A stretch of 64,000 nt of DNA from the human T2T-CHM13v2.0 reference genome, Homo sapiens. Made by a program: the position numbers and the translations under genes. The stretch lies in assembly GCF_009914755.1 (NCBI RefSeq), contig NC_060926.1; one strand, given 5' to 3'. The notes below the pieces were generated by a model, which saw only the letters and a list, made by a program, of their open reading frames with translations, was not told the DNA's origin and did no database searches. Positions 61,073-64,000 of this stretch are shown here, piece by piece (position 1 is the stretch's first letter; every line of letters starts with the position of its first letter).

Positions 61073-63538
61073 GTAAGCCTATGGCAACATTGAACAGGAG
61101 GTAACTTTGTGCTGCCAAACTAATCCTAATTTGAGCTAATATTCATGATGAACAAATTTTATACTTTTATTAGGATATTGAGCCTTGCCTGTTAATCAGA
61201 AAAATGAAAATCAGCAAACAATCAGTTACCGTTTTTTTTCCAGTCATTAATTTATTTGAAAAATAACCAGTATTGGCAAATGTGAGGGAAAAGGCATTTT
61301 CTTCTCTTTTCAGTGAACTTTTATTTTAGCTTCGGGGTACGTGTGCAGGTTTATTATATAGGTAAACTGTATCATGGAGGCTTGGGGTACAGATTATTTC
61401 ACCAGCCACATAGTAAACAAAATACTCGAAAGGTAGTTTTTTGGTCGTCTCCCTCCTGCCATGCTCCTCCCTCAAGTAGGCCCCAGTGTATGTTATTCTC
61501 CTCTTTGTGTCCATGAGTTCTCATGTTTAGTTCCCACTAATGAGTAAGAATATGTGGCATTTGATTTTCTGTTCCTGCATGAGTTTTCTTAGGATAATGG
61601 CCTCCAGCTCCATCCGTGTTGCTGCAGGGGAAATGGTTTCATTGAAAAAGACATTTCATATACTGTTGGTAAATACATTTTGAACATTAATTGAGTAGCA
61701 TATTCACACACACATATATAACAGTAAGCATATATAATACATGTAAAGGATATTTGTATAGATATGTTATATGTATACTTATGTATAAGGACATTTATTA
61801 TAGTATTATGTAAAAAATTTGGAGCTAGTCTAATTCCTTATCAATAGGAAATAGCTCAATTTCCATATCCCCAAAATAATGTATTATGCAACCATTTTTA
61901 AAAAATGAGGTTAGATGTAGGGTATACTGATTATTTCACAATTAAAATGTATTTAAAGCGTTTAGTTTGATGACACATCTTAAGAGTTCTTGTTAAAATT
62001 CTTGTAATATCTGCTGTGTTGCAAATGGAAGCTACATGCTACATTGACACTGTACCTTGTTAGCAACAAGATTGCTAGTTACTAAATTTTTGTTGTCAGT
62101 GCCTGAGTGCTGAAATATTGGACCCTCAATCTGAATATTGCCAAGCGATTGTACATGGGGATCTATATTTAATATAAACATTTCAGTATATTTGGTAAAA
62201 CTTTTATTAAAATACATCAAAGAATCTTTGATCTACTAAACCAGGAGTTGGCCAGCTTTTTCTGCAAAGAGCTAGTTAGTAAATATTTTAGGCTTTGTGG
62301 ACTACATATATTGATTTTCTTGAGACAGGGTCTCACTCTGTTTCCCAGGCTGGAGTGCAGTTGTGTGATCATGGCTGACTGCAGCCTCGACTTTCTGGGC
62401 TCTAGTGATCCTCTGACCTCAGTCTCTACTAGCTGAGACCACGGGTGTGCAACATCACACCCAGCTAACTGACACTATGGACTGTAAAGTGAATAAGCAT
62501 GGCTGTGTTCCAAGATACTTGACTTACAAAAACGGGCAGTGGGCTGGATTTGGCCCACAGGTGCTTATTTGCTGACCCTTGTGCTAAAAGGAAGGTGCTG
62601 CTAATGCAGTGACTTTTATTTGTAAAAGTGCCCTGCATGTGTGACATTATCCTCCCTTTGAGAAAAGGATATATTTCAGTATTCACCTCACCATATTTTT
62701 CCAGTGACTTCATATGATTTTGAAAACTACATTTATAAAATAAGATTATTTTCTGCATTTCTCCCACTTTATTCCTGTTAATAGAACTCAGTATTTTACT
62801 GTGATCAATTACTTCGTATATTTGATGAGTGTCAACTGTCCTAGAATTGGCTGATTTTTATCAAGCAAGAAATACTCTCCTTGAGAGTTTTAGTATTTCT
62901 TGGTCTTTATGTATAAGCATGAACAAAATGATAATCAGCTTATGTAATCTAGAAATGTTCAAAGGGCCTTTAAAACCTTGGTCTGACATTTCTAAATGCC
63001 ATATGTGTATAATTTTTATAACCTTTAGAATATATAATGGTTACATAAAATTTGAAAACTCCACCTGGTATGTAAAATTTGGAAGCTACTATTTCTTGTC
63101 TATCACTTTTCCATGACTGTGGATGAAAATTACATCATTCTCAGTCATGAGCGTTAAGTATATTGTCCTTAAAGAACTGTCTACACTCATGAACTCAAAT
63201 TTTCTTTCCATTCACTCTTGATCTCAATGCCGGTAAGTCTTCAATTTCAGCACTCCTCCAGAACTATTTTTCCTCAAGATTATCACTAATTTTTTTCTGT
63301 ACTAAATCTAGGCATTTTTCTTACACCTCATTTAATCTGTCAGCAATATTTGAGCCAATGGAGGGCATCTCCTCCCTAATGGCGTCTTCACTTGGCTTTC
63401 AGGACCTCACTCCCTCAGGCTTTTCCTCCTGCCTTTCTAGTCCGTTTATCATGGTCTGTTTTGCTTGCTGCTCCTCATCTTTCTCCTTTTGGACATTGTT
63501 GTTTCTCATGGCTCAGTCCTCAATCTTCTTTCTCATAA

Positions 63539-63832
63539 TTTTTTTTTTTTTAAGACAGAGTCTCACTTTGTCCCCCAGGCTGGAGTTCAGTGGCATGATC
63601 TTGGCTCATTGCAACCTCTGCCTCATGAGTTCCAGCACGTCTCCTGCCTCAGCCTCCTGAGTAGCTGGGATTACAGGTGTGCAACACCACGCCTGGCTAA
63701 TTTTTGTATTTTTAGTAGAGACAGGTTTCCCCATGTTGGCCAGGCTGGTCTCAAACTCCTGACATCAGGTGATCTGCCCGCCTTGGCCTCATGACATGTT
63801 GGGATTACAGGCGTGAGCCACCGTGCCTGGCC
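63539..63832 (-). mobile_element. AluSx-type (duplicate copy)
   Basis: Counterpart of 49934-50234. Confidence 0.85.
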
Positions 63833-64000
63833 CCTCGTGACTTTTTCTACTGTGTATATGCTAGTGATTTCCAAATGTATGTCTCCAACTTAGATCTCTT
63901 TCCTTAATTCCAGATCTCTATATCATCCCACCTACTTGACATCTCTATTTGATTAGCTGTTGGGTATCACACACTTGTCAGATCCAAAATTGGGCTACTG

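Larger units (their letters stand above)
52214..64000 (+). repeat. Intragenic tandem duplication, copy 2 (exons 10-13; continues past the window)
   Basis: Window end GATCCAAAATTGGGCTACTG matches 50384-50403. Confidence 0.92.

Noticed and set aside
61073-64000. Actin-derived terminal exon expected for POTEE
   Set aside because: No actin-like sequence is present in the window; it would lie further downstream

Overview
Primate (almost certainly human) genomic DNA, a segmental-duplication mosaic; the gene content fits the 2q21 POTE cluster. From left to right: (1) a minus-strand unprocessed NF1 pseudogene fragment (exons equivalent to NF1 13 and 16-20; 14-15 absent); (2) a minus-strand unprocessed MED15 pseudogene (last four exons); (3) an old L1; (4) a large imperfect palindrome with six CCAAT boxes between a C-rich and a G-rich degenerate tandem array (REP522-like); (5) the CpG-rich promoter and first 13 coding exons of a plus-strand POTE gene whose translation best matches POTEE (open for 592 codons, continuing past the window; the actin-derived last exon is not in view). 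Exons 6-9 and 10-13 arise from a ~14.5 kb intragenic tandem duplication whose junction fuses an Alu to the middle of a U6-chimeric retrocopy. I found no evidence of a wholly new biological system. The best leads are the U6 chimera with an unidentified 3' partner, deletion-driven recruitment of a cryptic splice acceptor, a MYB/NRF1-like tandem promoter array, a sense-oriented NOP58 retro-fragment carrying a poly(A) signal, and NF1 disease-type alleles fixed in the pseudogene. Gene and repeat names come from recalled sequences, not database searches; repeat boundaries are approximate.
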